Shown here piece after piece: positions 31,136 to 41,628 of a stretch of 64,000 nt of DNA. A program made the position numbers and the translations under genes. The notes beneath the pieces are model-generated. The model searched no databases. It saw only the letters and a list, made by a program, of their open reading frames with translations, and had not been told where the DNA came from. This DNA is from Crocinitomicaceae bacterium. Its GTDB lineage: Bacteria; Bacteroidota; Bacteroidia; Flavobacteriales_D; Crocinitomicaceae. Within the stretch, counting starts at the first letter, position 1, and every line of letters begins with the position of its first letter. The DNA is taken from NCBI GenBank assembly GCA_046304235.1, contig JBKCEW010000061.1:1927-65926 (forward strand). Direction: 5' to 3'.

Positions 31136-31166
31136 AAAGCCTTACAGAGATGTAGGGCTTTTTTTA
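31136..31166 (+). terminator. Rho-independent terminator after fabF
   Basis: aaagccttaca-gaga-tgtagggcttt followed by ttttt. Confidence 0.8.
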
Positions 31167-31471
31167 TGAAGAAAATTGTATTATTAAATCTATTAAATAA
31201 TAGCTTATAATTGAATGATCTAAATAAAATTTAAAACCAAAATTAAAGATTAGATTATATTTTATATTTTTGGACTTATTTAATACTTAATTAAGTTTAA
31301 AGATGAACTTAAGTTACCGACAAGTTTAAAAACAATAGACGATCAGCAGGTTCTAACTCACTTATCGCCTTACTAAAAATAAAATTAATATAATAACTGG
31401 AGTCCAGAAATCAGTAAAAAAAACGGGGCGTATCCCAAAAGCCATATGAGTAAGAAATAATTTAATAATAA

Positions 31472-31936
31472 ATGAATCTAAATTTATCTACAATAATACT
31501 ATCAGTACCTTCGTTAGGAATATCTGAAATAATATTAATAATAATTTTTATAAGTTTTGGCTTAGGCTTAATTCCAACAATATTCTATTTAATAACTCTT
31601 CAAAATACACTAAAAGAAATAAGTGTTGAAAATCGTAAAATGAAACCTAGTCAAGTTTGGTTAATGCTAATACCACTATTTGGAATTGCTTGGCAATTTA
31701 TTTTAATAAGTAGAATTAGTGAGTCATTAAAAAGTGAATTTTCATCAAGAAGCATTTCAATAAATGAAGAAAAACCAGGTTATTCCATTGGATTAACCTA
31801 CTGCATACTATTTTGTTGCGGTTGGATACCGGTACTCGGTTTATTAGCTGCTATTGGAGGCTTAGTTTGTTGGATAATATACTGGGTTAAAATAAATGAT
31901 TTTAAGAAAAAACTTCAACAAACAAAATTTATTTAA
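31472..31936 (+). CDS. Hypothetical small integral membrane protein (about 4 predicted TM segments)
   Basis: 154 aa with hydrophobic stretches IILIIIFISFGLGLIPTIFYLI, VWLMLIPLFGIAWQFILI, LTYCILFCCGWIPVL and LLAAIGGLVCWIIYWV. I did not recognise a family. Confidence 0.5.
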   Translation: MNLNLSTIILSVPSLGISEIILIIIFISFGLGLIPTIFYLITLQNTLKEISVENRKMKPSQVWLMLIPLFGIAWQFILISRISESLKSEFSSRSISINEEKPGYSIGLTYCILFCCGWIPVLGLLAAIGGLVCWIIYWVKINDFKKKLQQTKFI

Positions 31937-32078
31937 AAATATAATAAATATTCATACACCCTATTCAACACAAAGCCTTAAAATTATTGTCACTTATACT
32001 AAAAGTACTCCAACACGTAATTAAAACGCATTTAATAAAAATTTAAGTATGTTGTTTTCCGATTTGATTTAATACTAT

Positions 32079-32108
32079 AGCCAAGTTTTAACGACTTGGC
32101 TTTTTTTT
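32079..32108 (+). terminator. Rho-independent terminator ~140 nt downstream of the membrane ORF
   Basis: agccaagt-tttaacg-acttggct followed by 7 T. Confidence 0.7.
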
Positions 32109-32470
32109 GAATGTAACCTATTAAAAACAAGCTGTTTTTTGATTGATAGGCACTAAAGATCCCCTACACATAAAACTACTGTTTATAGAAATGCATAATT
32201 GACCTTTACAATAGTCTTATAAAAAATCACTAATTTAAAAGTGTCTCATATATTTTTAATTTGATAAGCTGTTTTAAGAATTTTATACGAAGTATAAAAT
32301 CAAATCTTTTATATCCTAAAATTCAACATCTAGATTATAAAATCGCTTAAAATGGTTATTTTTAAGTGAATTTTAGTTCGGGTTTAGTCTCTCTAACTCT
32401 AGAATAGGTTTGAGACGAACTGACGTTGCCTCACACTTATAACTTCACTAAAAAAGACTAATTTTATCTC

Positions 32471-33507
32471 ATGGATCAGAATCAAATAAATATTGAATTT
32501 GCAAGTTGGATAAATTCGTTGAAAAAGAAAGTTCAATCTGCGAGACAAAAAATTGCTTTTTCGATTAACTCTCAACTTTTAGAATTGTATTTTGGGAAAT
32601 AGGAAAAGACGTTGATTCTAAACTTAAAAGTTCTAATTGGGGAACGAATATAATTGATAAAATTTCTTCTGAATTAACATCAGAGTTTCCTGATATCAAA
32701 GGTTTTTCACGGAGAAATATTTATGCTATTAGACAATGGTATTTATTTTATTCTCAAAAATATGAATTTGTGCCACAAGCTGTGGCACAAATTCCTTGGG
32801 GACATAATCGATTAAATATTAGTAAAATAAAAGATATTCAGATAGCTGAATTTTATATCGAACAATGTCTCAAAAATGCATGGGATAGAGATACGTTAGA
32901 AATTCAAATTAAATCAGCATTACATAATAGAATTGGTAGCTCTTCTAACAATTTTCTTAATACGCTTCCTGACAATCAATCAAAACTAGCAAATGAAACA
33001 TTAAAAGATCCGTATAATTTTGACTTTTTAGGTTTACAAGAAGATGTTTTAGAAAAAGTAATAGAAGATGAATTAACAAAACACATTACAAAATTTCTAT
33101 TAGAATTAGGTAAAGGTTTTGCGTTTATTGGAAGGCAATATAAAATAGAAATAAGTGAAACAGATTATTTCATTGATATGCTTTTCTATCATTTAGAACT
33201 ACGTTCATATGTTGTTATTGAACTAAAATCTGGGAAATTCAAACCTGAATACGCTGGAAAGTTAAACTTTTATTTATCTGCCATTGATAGTCAGTTAAAA
33301 AAAGAATTTGATAATCCAACTATAGGGATTTTACTTTGTAAATCAAAAGATAAAATAGAAGCTGAATATGCGCTACGCGACATCAATAAGCCTATGGGTA
33401 TAAGCGAGTATAGACTAACTGAAGCAATCCCAGAAAATATAAAATATAAATTGCCTACGATTGAAGAATTAGAGAACGAATTAAAAAAAAACGAAAACGA
33501 GGGTTAA
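32471..33507 (+). pseudogene. DUF1016 / YhcG-family PDDEXK nuclease-domain gene, interrupted by a frameshift in a T-run
   Basis: The ATG at 32471 gives MDQNQINIEF...QLLELYFGK and then a stop at 32600-32602. The frame one position upstream (the -1 frame) continues WEIGKDVDSKL...RNIYAIRQWYLFY...IPWGHN and runs without stops into the 245-aa ORF ending at 33507. The C-terminal core is GKGFAFIGRQY...DMLFYH..L...VVIELK. Confidence 0.75.
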
Positions 33508-33649
33508 CAGCACCTTAAAACTAGGCTCTTAAACTCACTTCGAATAAATATTTACTACATTTGAAAATAAATCTCGCTTCGAGTTTTGGGTGCTTTGCCT
33601 CGGTATCGCCCATCGCTAAAGGCGCAAAACGTTAAATATAACCAGACTC

Positions 33650-34732
33650 TTAAAACCGCTCTATCACCTCCCCACTTGTCAATTGATACGTTTTAAAACA
33701 ATTGGCTGTTAAACACGAATGCACAGGAAGAATATATAAAACATCACCTACTTTGTAATTTGAAATTATTTCATCTGATACAGAAATAATTCCATGTTCT
33801 TGCGACAAACTTTTTACGTAAATTCCATCGATGATTTCTCCCCAACCATCGGTTGTTTGTTTTACAATTCTACCGTAGATAGTACCTAAGATTGGATCAA
33901 CAAAAGCATCTTTTGCAAAGTGAACTCCACCTCCGTGCATAATCATTTCATTTTTATCCTCGTGAATTGCCACAACAGGACAAGCCATAGCGATTGCAAT
34001 CTCTTCATTTGTATTTGATCCTATTGAAGCTTGTTGAATATCGTAAAACACGAAATTTCCTGGTCTAATTTCATCTACCATTGAAAAATCTTCTACCACG
34101 CTGCATGTTGGTGTATCACCTACCGAAATAATCAGATTTGGGTAATCCGCTTTATACTTTTCTTTAAATGGTAAAATGATTGAAATACTTTCTTTGTGAG
34201 TAGCTTCAATTTCCTCGTAACTAGAAGATTTATAACTATGACCAGCATGACCTAAAAATCCAAGGAAATTTAATTTATCACTTGCTATAGTTTTAGCAAG
34301 AATGGCATCAATTAATTCAAAATTATCCGGTTGAACACCTGTTCGCTTATACCCTACGTCGATTTTAATAAAGAAACCAATTGAATGAGTAAGGTTTTTT
34401 ATTAGAAAATCAACAGCCTCCAAGTTCACAATCACCACATTCAACTGTATTTTAGAAGCCAAATCATTGATGGTATCAATTTCCAAAAAATTCACTGGAA
34501 AAGCCACTGTAATGTCATTCCATTCAGGAGCGAAATAGTTGGCCATATCCAACGAAGAAACGGTAATCTTGTTCACTCCCGCATCCTTAAACCAACGTCC
34601 GATTGCTAATGATTGATGTGTTTTAAAATGTGCTCTAAATTCAACATTGTTTCGCTTTGCTTTATCCGCAATTTTTTGAATGTTCGCACGACATTTTTTT
34701 TCATCAACAAGGAAAGTAGGTTTTGTGATCAT
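33650..34732 (-). CDS. D-TA-family PLP-dependent enzyme (alanine-racemase-fold; D-threonine aldolase / D-serine dehydratase-like)
   Basis: 360 aa. The N-terminus PTFLVDEKKCRANI..I..KA......FRAHFKTHQS carries the PLP lysine, and there is a C-terminal D-serine-dehydratase-like domain. Confidence 0.7.
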   Translation of the reverse strand: MITKPTFLVDEKKCRANIQKIADKAKRNNVEFRAHFKTHQSLAIGRWFKDAGVNKITVSSLDMANYFAPEWNDITVAFPVNFLEIDTINDLASKIQLNVVIVNLEAVDFLIKNLTHSIGFFIKIDVGYKRTGVQPDNFELIDAILAKTIASDKLNFLGFLGHAGHSYKSSSYEEIEATHKESISIILPFKEKYKADYPNLIISVGDTPTCSVVEDFSMVDEIRPGNFVFYDIQQASIGSNTNEEIAIAMACPVVAIHEDKNEMIMHGGGVHFAKDAFVDPILGTIYGRIVKQTTDGWGEIIDGIYVKSLSQEHGIISVSDEIISNYKVGDVLYILPVHSCLTANCFKTYQLTSGEVIERF

Positions 34733-34771
34733 GAAAATTGAGAATTATAAATTATGAATTAAAATTGATAC

Positions 34772-34802
34772 AAAAAATGGCTACCGTTTCGGATAGCCAT
34801 TT
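34772..34802 (-). terminator. Rho-independent terminator of the atp operon
   Basis: On the minus strand: aatggctatc-cgaaac-ggtagccatt followed by tttttt. It lies 20 nt after the atpG stop. Confidence 0.8.
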
Positions 34803-34821
34803 AAATAAAATGTATTTACTT

Positions 34822-35697
34822 TTAGTTACCTTTTAACGCTTCAGCACCACCAACGATTTCTAAGATTTCGTTTGTAATTGCAGCTTGACGTGCTTTGTTG
34901 TAACTTAATGTTAATGTTCTTTTCAATTCTTTCGCGTTGTCTGTTGCTTTGTGCATTGCAGTCATACGCGCACCGTGTTCAGAAGCATGAGAATCTAAAA
35001 GTGCTTTGAAGAATTGAGTTTTCAACGATTTTGGAATTAAATCCTCGATGATTTCCGTTTTGCTTGGTTCGAAAATGTATTCCACATTTGTAGAAGAAGC
35101 TTCGTTTGTAATTGGAGCAATCGGCAGTAATTGTTCCGCTTTTACATCCTGAACACTTGCGTTAACAAATGAGTTATATACAACCACTACTTTGTCAAAT
35201 TTCTTTTGCAAGAAAAGATTAGTAACATTTTCAGCGATTTCTGCTGCGTTAGCGAAAGTTAAATTAGAGAAGATATCCTCACTACCAACTTCTTTGTTAT
35301 CGATACGGATATCGCTTCTTCTAAACGCATCAGTTACTTTCTTACCAAAACAAATGATATTTACATTAGCGTTTGCGTAAGTTTTATTCACCAACTCATT
35401 TACTTTCTTAATGACGTTGTTGTTAAATCCTCCACATAAACCTCTGTTGGAAGAAATAGCTAACACAAGAATATTGCTTTCTTGTCTGATTTCTGAGTAT
35501 GGATTTTCAGAGATATCAGTCGTAGCACTCAAATTACCTAAAAGTTCTTGCAATTTATTTGAATACGGTCTCATTTGCGTAATTGCATCTTGAGCCTTTT
35601 TCAATTTAGCAGCAGAAACCATCTTCATAGCAGAAGTAATCTGCATCGTTGAAGAGATAGAGGTAATTCGGTTTTTAATTTCTTTTAAGTTTGCCAT
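34822..35697 (-). CDS. atpG: F0F1 ATP synthase subunit gamma
   Basis: 291 aa, with MANLKEIKNRI.S...T..IT.AMKMVSAAKL and the C-terminal ITNEILEIVGGAEAL. Confidence 0.95.
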   Translation of the reverse strand: MANLKEIKNRITSISSTMQITSAMKMVSAAKLKKAQDAITQMRPYSNKLQELLGNLSATTDISENPYSEIRQESNILVLAISSNRGLCGGFNNNVIKKVNELVNKTYANANVNIICFGKKVTDAFRRSDIRIDNKEVGSEDIFSNLTFANAAEIAENVTNLFLQKKFDKVVVVYNSFVNASVQDVKAEQLLPIAPITNEASSTNVEYIFEPSKTEIIEDLIPKSLKTQFFKALLDSHASEHGARMTAMHKATDNAKELKRTLTLSYNKARQAAITNEILEIVGGAEALKGN

Positions 35698-35750
35698 AAC
35701 TTTAGTTCAAAGAGGGTATTTTTTCAAACACCCTCTAGATTATAAACTTA

Positions 35751-37325
35751 TTAATATTTTGAAGCGATTTCTTTAGCAACTTTAGATAATACATCTGTTG
35801 CTTCGTCTGTGTATTTACCTGCTTTTAAAGAAAGTAATACATCAGCGTGTTTAGCCTCTAAGTAGTTTAAGTATTCTTTTTCGAACTCTTTCACTTTATT
35901 TACAGGTACTTTTTGAATCAATCCTTTCGTACCAACGTAAATAATAGCAATTTGCTTCTCTACTGGGTAAGGGTCACCATCTTGTTGTTTCAAGATTTCA
36001 ACGTTACGAGCACCTTTATCCAATACATATTTAGTAGCAGCATCTAAGTCAGAACCAAATTTAGCGAAAGCTTCTAACTCACGGTATTGAGCTTGGTCTA
36101 ATTTCAATGTACCAGCTACTTTTTTCATTGACTTAATTTGAGCATTACCACCTACACGAGATACAGAGATACCAACGTTAATTGCAGGACGGATACCAGC
36201 GTTAAATAAGTCACTTTCCAAGAATATCTGACCATCAGTAATCGAAATTACGTTTGTTGGGATATAAGCAGAAACGTCACCACCTTGAGTTTCGATGATT
36301 GGAAGAGCTGTCAAAGAGCCTCCTCCTTTCACTTTACCTTTTAAACTTTCAGGTAAATCGTTCATGTTAGCAGCGATTTCATCATCATTGATGATTTTAG
36401 CAGCTCTTTCTAATAAACGAGAGTGTAAGTAGAATACGTCACCTGGGTAAGCCTCACGACCTGGAGGACGACGTAATAATAAAGAAACCTCACGGTAAGC
36501 TACCGCTTGTTTAGATAAATCATCATAAATAATTAATGCAGGTCTTCCTGTATCACGGAAATACTCACCAATCGCAGCACCAGTCATTGGAGCATAGAAC
36601 TGCATTGGAGCAGATTCTGAAGCATTTGCAGCAACAACAACTGTATAAGCCATTGCACCAGCTTCTTCTAATTTTTTAACGATACCTGCAACAGTAGACC
36701 CTTTTTGACCTACAGCAACGTAGATACAGAAAACAGGCTCTCCTCTATCGAAGAATTCTTTTTGATTAATAATTGTATCAATAGCAACAGTAGTTTTACC
36801 AGTTTGACGGTCACCAATGATTAACTCACGTTGTCCACGTCCTACAGGAATCATCGCATCGATTGATTTGATACCAGTTTGTAACGGTTCAGTTACTGGT
36901 TGACGGAAAATAACCCCAGGAGCTTTACGCTCGATAGGCATTTCAAACAATTCACCAGAGAATTCACCTTTACCATCGATTGGGTTACCAAGTGTGTCAA
37001 CAACGCGACCTACCATTCCTTCACCTACTTTTACAGAAGCAATTTTACCTAATCTTTTTACCGTATCACCTTCTTTTACTAATGAAGATTTTCCAAGTAA
37101 TACAGCACCAACGTTATCTTCTTCTAAGTTTAGTGCGATTCCTTGTAAACCACCATCGAATTCAATTAATTCACCGTATTGAACTCCATCAAGTCCATAA
37201 ATACGTGCAATACCGTCACCAATTTGTAGTACGGTACCTACTTCCTGAAGCTCCGCTTCTGTACGGAAGCCAGAAAGTTGTTCTCTTAAAATTGCAGAAA
37301 CTTCTGCTGGTTTTACATCTGCCAT
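35751..37325 (-). CDS. atpA: F0F1 ATP synthase subunit alpha
   Basis: 524 aa, with Walker A GDRQTGKT and the conserved alpha-subunit core. Confidence 0.97.
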   Translation of the reverse strand: MADVKPAEVSAILREQLSGFRTEAELQEVGTVLQIGDGIARIYGLDGVQYGELIEFDGGLQGIALNLEEDNVGAVLLGKSSLVKEGDTVKRLGKIASVKVGEGMVGRVVDTLGNPIDGKGEFSGELFEMPIERKAPGVIFRQPVTEPLQTGIKSIDAMIPVGRGQRELIIGDRQTGKTTVAIDTIINQKEFFDRGEPVFCIYVAVGQKGSTVAGIVKKLEEAGAMAYTVVVAANASESAPMQFYAPMTGAAIGEYFRDTGRPALIIYDDLSKQAVAYREVSLLLRRPPGREAYPGDVFYLHSRLLERAAKIINDDEIAANMNDLPESLKGKVKGGGSLTALPIIETQGGDVSAYIPTNVISITDGQIFLESDLFNAGIRPAINVGISVSRVGGNAQIKSMKKVAGTLKLDQAQYRELEAFAKFGSDLDAATKYVLDKGARNVEILKQQDGDPYPVEKQIAIIYVGTKGLIQKVPVNKVKEFEKEYLNYLEAKHADVLLSLKAGKYTDEATDVLSKVAKEIASKY

Positions 37326-37361
37326 ATGTGTTTCATTTTACGCCTTGAAAGGCAAATCAAA

Positions 37362-37895
37362 CTATCGTTTTAAACGTTGTTTTAAATTTTTCAATTGATT
37401 AGCTACAGAAGCATCTACTTGAGTGTTTCCGATTTTAACTACAAAACCACCTAAGATTTCTTCATCAATTTTCTCAGTCAATTCGATTTCTCCTTTCACT
37501 GCTGGTTTCACTTTCGCTAAAATAGCAGCCACAGTTGCTTCGTCTAATTTTTTAGAAGAAACCAATGTTACAGGAACAATTCCTTTGTGAGCTTTTAATT
37601 GATCTTGAAAAGAAGCAGCAATTTCAACTAAGATATTCTCTCTACCGTTTTTCGTAATCAATGCTACGAAAGCTAGAGACAACTCATCGAAATAATCGAA
37701 GATTTGGTTGAAAATAGAAACCTTCTTATCTGCTTGAATCAACGGACTAGACAAGAATAATTGAAAGTCACGTGTTTCATCGTTAGCAGCAACAACTGCG
37801 TTCATATCATTAGAAATTGCTTCAAGCTTATTTTGCTCAATAGCTAATTCTAATAATGCTTTTGCGTATCTAACTGCTGATTTAGTACTTTTCAT
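37362..37895 (-). CDS. atpH: F0F1 ATP synthase subunit delta (OSCP)
   Basis: 177 aa. The N-terminus VRYAKALLELA, the position between atpF and atpA, and the OSCP-like length support the call. Confidence 0.85.
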   Translation of the reverse strand: MKSTKSAVRYAKALLELAIEQNKLEAISNDMNAVVAANDETRDFQLFLSSPLIQADKKVSIFNQIFDYFDELSLAFVALITKNGRENILVEIAASFQDQLKAHKGIVPVTLVSSKKLDEATVAAILAKVKPAVKGEIELTEKIDEEILGGFVVKIGNTQVDASVANQLKNLKQRLKR

Positions 37896-37903
37896 TGCGA
37901 AAA

Positions 37904-38404
37904 TTAATTCAAGTTAATATCTTCAGCTAACTTAGTTGCTAATGCTTTTTGTTTGTCGTCAGAGGCCAATTCAGTACGAACGATTTTTTCAGCGATTTCA
38001 ATAGACAAAGAAGCTACGTGTAATTTCAATTCAGAAATTGCAGCAGATTTCTCTAATTCAATTGCATGATGAGCAGCAGCTAGTACTTTTTCAGCTTCAA
38101 CTTTAGCATTATTTTTAGCGTCCTCAATCATTTTGTTCGCTGTTTCTTTCGCATCTTTCACGATAGCATCTCTTTCAGCTCTTGCTTCTTTCAATAAGTT
38201 ATCGTTTGCAGCTTTCAACTCAGAAATCTCTTTGCGAGCATTTTCAGCCATATTGATTGCATTTTCAATTCCTTCTTCACGCTCTTGTAACGCATTCAAA
38301 ATTGGTTTCCATGCAAATTTTCTCATTAATAAAATCAATACTAACAAGATTACTGATTGCATCACAAATAACCCTGGAGAAAAGTCGTTTAATAATTGTT
38401 CCAT
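37904..38404 (-). CDS. atpF: F0F1 ATP synthase subunit B
   Basis: 166 aa, with a single N-terminal TM segment followed by a long charged coiled-coil. The operon position also supports it. Confidence 0.85.
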   Translation of the reverse strand: MEQLLNDFSPGLFVMQSVILLVLILLMRKFAWKPILNALQEREEGIENAINMAENARKEISELKAANDNLLKEARAERDAIVKDAKETANKMIEDAKNNAKVEAEKVLAAAHHAIELEKSAAISELKLHVASLSIEIAEKIVRTELASDDKQKALATKLAEDINLN

Positions 38405-38495
38405 TGTATTTTATTTATTCTTTGTTTTGTTTTTTGTTTTTTTAAAAAACATTTTCCACGACCAACCGTCATGGAAAATGTTAATTTCTCTTGGA

Positions 38496-38687
<192 letters not shown>

Positions 38688-38720
38688 TTATAGATTATAT
38701 GTTAAACAAAAAATTACTAA

Positions 38721-39833
38721 TTAATGATGGTCGTGGTCTTCCACAGCCATTCCTATAAACAATGATGATAACATTGTGAAGATAAACGCTTGCAAGAACG
38801 CTACCAACAACTCTATCACCATAATGAATGATGTTAACAAGAAAGAAACACCTGTAGAACCAACTGGCCCAAACATTGCTTTCATTGTAATCATCAAGGC
38901 AATCAAACTCATTAATACGAAGTGACCCGCTGTAATGTTAGCGAACAAACGAATTGTTAATGAAAAAGGTTTTGTAAACAAACCTAACACCTCGATTGGT
39001 GCTAAAATAATTTTCATTGGGACTGGTACGCCTGGCATCCAGAAAATATGTCCCCAATAGGATTTGTTACCACTGAATTGAACGATAAAAAACGTAAACA
39101 ATGCCAAACACAACGTTACAGCGATGTTACCAGTCACGTTAAACCCTAGTGGAGTTAAACCTAATAAATTCAAAATCCAAATAAAGAAAAACACTGTTAA
39201 TAAGAACGGCATGAATCTTTTGTATTTTTTCTCACCGATGTTAGGTCTAGCGATTTCATCACGTACATACAACACTAAAGGCTCTAACACTCTTCCTAAA
39301 CCAGTTGGGATTGGACCTTTTTTATAGCTTCTTGCTAAAGAACCGAAGAATAAAATCATCAATAAGCCAGCGATTAAAATACCTAAAGCGCTTTTTGTAA
39401 TAGATAAATCTAACGGTTTATAGTTTGAAGGATGTTCTCCGTGCATGTGAATAGTACCATTTTTATCAGTACCATAAATTTTTCCATGGAATAATTTATA
39501 ATGCTTCCCGTTACTTTCTACAACAGCTTCACCATGGTGAAAATTAGCAGCAGAAAAAACATGTAATCCATTGTCTAACAAGATTACAGGTAATGAAAAT
39601 CCAATATGTTTCCCAGTAGAACCATCTGTGTACAACACAAAATCATGAGCATCTTGTAAGTGATGTTTGATATAACCAGTAATCTCGTCAGGAGTATTGA
39701 TTGGTCCTTCAGAACCATGAGATTCCTTTTTGTTGTGACCTGATTTAGCATGTTCATTAGCAAATGTTATTGAGCTAAAAGCCAAACAAATGAATGTTAA
39801 AAGGATTCCGAGTTGCAATGTTACTTTTTTCAT
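38721..39833 (-). CDS. atpB: F0F1 ATP synthase subunit A (with a long N-terminal extension)
   Basis: 370 aa. The C-terminal half has the a-subunit motif SLTIRLFANITAGH. The N-terminal ~150 aa extension carries a signal-like segment. Confidence 0.9.
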   Translation of the reverse strand: MKKVTLQLGILLTFICLAFSSITFANEHAKSGHNKKESHGSEGPINTPDEITGYIKHHLQDAHDFVLYTDGSTGKHIGFSLPVILLDNGLHVFSAANFHHGEAVVESNGKHYKLFHGKIYGTDKNGTIHMHGEHPSNYKPLDLSITKSALGILIAGLLMILFFGSLARSYKKGPIPTGLGRVLEPLVLYVRDEIARPNIGEKKYKRFMPFLLTVFFFIWILNLLGLTPLGFNVTGNIAVTLCLALFTFFIVQFSGNKSYWGHIFWMPGVPVPMKIILAPIEVLGLFTKPFSLTIRLFANITAGHFVLMSLIALMITMKAMFGPVGSTGVSFLLTSFIMVIELLVAFLQAFIFTMLSSLFIGMAVEDHDHH

Positions 39834-39912
39834 ATTTCTGTAATCAGATTATCTATGAGGTACTTAAAATCGAGTGCAAAAATACATAATAATTTAAAAT
39901 AAAAAACTTTTT

Positions 39913-40320
39913 TTATTGTTTGTCTGTCTTTTGCATCAGTAGATTTGACACTACCAAGGTTTCTAAAAACAAGAAAACGAAAAGCGGAATAAGAATAAAC
40001 ATTTTATCAATCAAAAGAATTGTTTTTAACTCCAACATTTTTGAGTAAAAAATCATCATAAAAAGTCCCATCTTGACAAACATACCCACCAAAAAACCGT
40101 GTCCAGCATTATTAGGCATTACTGTAAAAAGTAATTCAATTCCAGTTACAATAATAACAGAAGAAATGCCAAAAAACACATATAAAGAAACCTCAGTAAA
40201 TGGTAGATTCCAATCAAATAAAATAGACTGAATAAAGCACATTACTATCGCTACCGCAACAATAATACCATTAAAAACCAACAATCTTTTTACTAAACTA
40301 CTTTTTTGCATCATCTTCAT
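39913..40320 (-). CDS. Hypothetical 4-TM membrane protein encoded between the atpZ-like gene and atpB
   Basis: I chose the ATG at 40320 (MKMMQKSSLVKRLL...) rather than the track start at 40374, which lies deep inside the upstream gene. The product is strongly hydrophobic. Confidence 0.5.
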   Translation of the reverse strand: MKMMQKSSLVKRLLVFNGIIVAVAIVMCFIQSILFDWNLPFTEVSLYVFFGISSVIIVTGIELLFTVMPNNAGHGFLVGMFVKMGLFMMIFYSKMLELKTILLIDKMFILIPLFVFLFLETLVVSNLLMQKTDKQ

Positions 40321-40546
40321 TAGACATTTTAATAACCTGTCGAATAACCGAATAGGTCGAACCAAAAACGGCAAACAAAGTTAATACTTTATCATAGCCA
40401 AACGTTTCGCTTGGGTGATTTTTATCTAACCAAGCACCTAACAAATGACATAAGTAGATTGTTAATCCCATTTGCAATCCAAGCGAAGAAAACTTCAACC
40501 AAACATTGGATGATTTAGTTACTTTATTTTGTTGTTTATTTTCCAA
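40298..40546 (-). CDS. AtpZ/AtpI-family small membrane protein (putative F0F1 accessory subunit)
   Basis: 82 aa with two TM segments, KFSSLGLQMGLTIYLCHLLGAWLD. It is the first gene of the atp cluster. The track start is TTG, so the start is uncertain. Confidence 0.6.
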   Translation of the reverse strand: MENKQQNKVTKSSNVWLKFSSLGLQMGLTIYLCHLLGAWLDKNHPSETFGYDKVLTLFAVFGSTYSVIRQVIKMSNEDDAKK

Positions 40547-40652
40547 GACACAAATTTTTAAACCAATATACGTAATTTAAAAGAATATTGACACGAAAGA
40601 AAGGAAGAATAATTTCCCTTGTCAAAAAGTATCTCTTATATTTGTTGCATAT

Positions 40653-41624
40653 ATGATGACTGTGGATGAAATAATGCAGCCGATAGAGGCAGAAATGAAG
40701 GAATTTGAACTTCACTTCAAATCACATCTACAATCAAAAGTTCCTCTTTTAGATAAGATTACACATTACATCATTAAACGTAAAGGAAAACAAATGCGCC
40801 CTATGTTTTTGTTTTTAACCGCAAAAATGTTGGGTGAAATCAATACTAAAACTTACCAAGCTGCTACCTTAGTTGAATTATTACATACAGCAACCTTGGT
40901 ACATGACGATGTGGTTGATGACGCAAACGAACGGAGAGGATTTTTCTCGATTAATGCCCTTTGGAAAAATAAAATTGCCGTTTTAGTGGGAGATTACATG
41001 CTTTCACGAATTCTATTATTATCAATTGAAAATAAAAATATACGTGTATTAGAAATAGTAGCAAGAGCGGTAAGAGAAATGAGTGAAGGAGAATTGTTGC
41101 AAATTGAAAAAGCACGCAAATTAGACATTACAGAAGAAGTTTATTTTGAAGTCATTCGTCAAAAAACAGCTTCTTTGATTGCTACTGTTTGTGAATCTGC
41201 TAGTGCCTCTGTAGATCGTGAAGACCAAGCAGCAAATATGCGAAAGTTTGGAGAGTTAGTAGGATTAGCATTTCAAATCAAGGACGATATTTTTGATTAC
41301 GGTGATTACGATGATATTGGAAAACCAACAGGTTTAGATATTCGAGAGCGTAAAATGACTTTGCCGTTAATTTATGCCTTAAACAATAGCGATAAATCAG
41401 TTCGTAAGGAATTGATTTACATTGTTAAAAACAAAAACGAAGATAAAAATTCAGTGAAAAGAGCCATTGAATTAATTCATCAATCTGGTGGTATTCAGTA
41501 CGCTACAAAAAAAATGCACGCATTGAAAGAGGAAGCTTTAGATTTAATAAAAGACATTCCAGAATCAGCCTCGAAGCAATCATTAATTGGTTTAGTAAAT
41601 TATTCTATTGAACGTAAAAAATAA
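40653..41624 (+). CDS. Polyprenyl diphosphate synthase (IspB-like, trans-IPPS family)
   Basis: 323 aa, with a first DDxxD in LVHDDVVDDANERRG and a second in FQIKDDIFDYG. Confidence 0.9.
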   Translation: MMTVDEIMQPIEAEMKEFELHFKSHLQSKVPLLDKITHYIIKRKGKQMRPMFLFLTAKMLGEINTKTYQAATLVELLHTATLVHDDVVDDANERRGFFSINALWKNKIAVLVGDYMLSRILLLSIENKNIRVLEIVARAVREMSEGELLQIEKARKLDITEEVYFEVIRQKTASLIATVCESASASVDREDQAANMRKFGELVGLAFQIKDDIFDYGDYDDIGKPTGLDIRERKMTLPLIYALNNSDKSVRKELIYIVKNKNEDKNSVKRAIELIHQSGGIQYATKKMHALKEEALDLIKDIPESASKQSLIGLVNYSIERKK

Positions 41625-41628
41625 AAGT

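Noticed and set aside
32280-32300. Small perfect hairpin ATTTTATAC-GAA-GTATAAAAT, superficially reminiscent of a recombinase half-site
   Set aside because: The stem is only 9 bp of A/T-rich sequence with a 3-nt loop. There is no second copy and no recombinase gene nearby.
33560-33630. Relatively GC-rich patch (…cgcttcgagttttgggtgctttgcctcggtatcgcccatcgctaaaggcgc…) after the DUF1016 gene
   Set aside because: It stands out compositionally, but I could not assign it to a tRNA, ncRNA, REP copy or gene remnant by eye. It is mentioned under the islet finding only.
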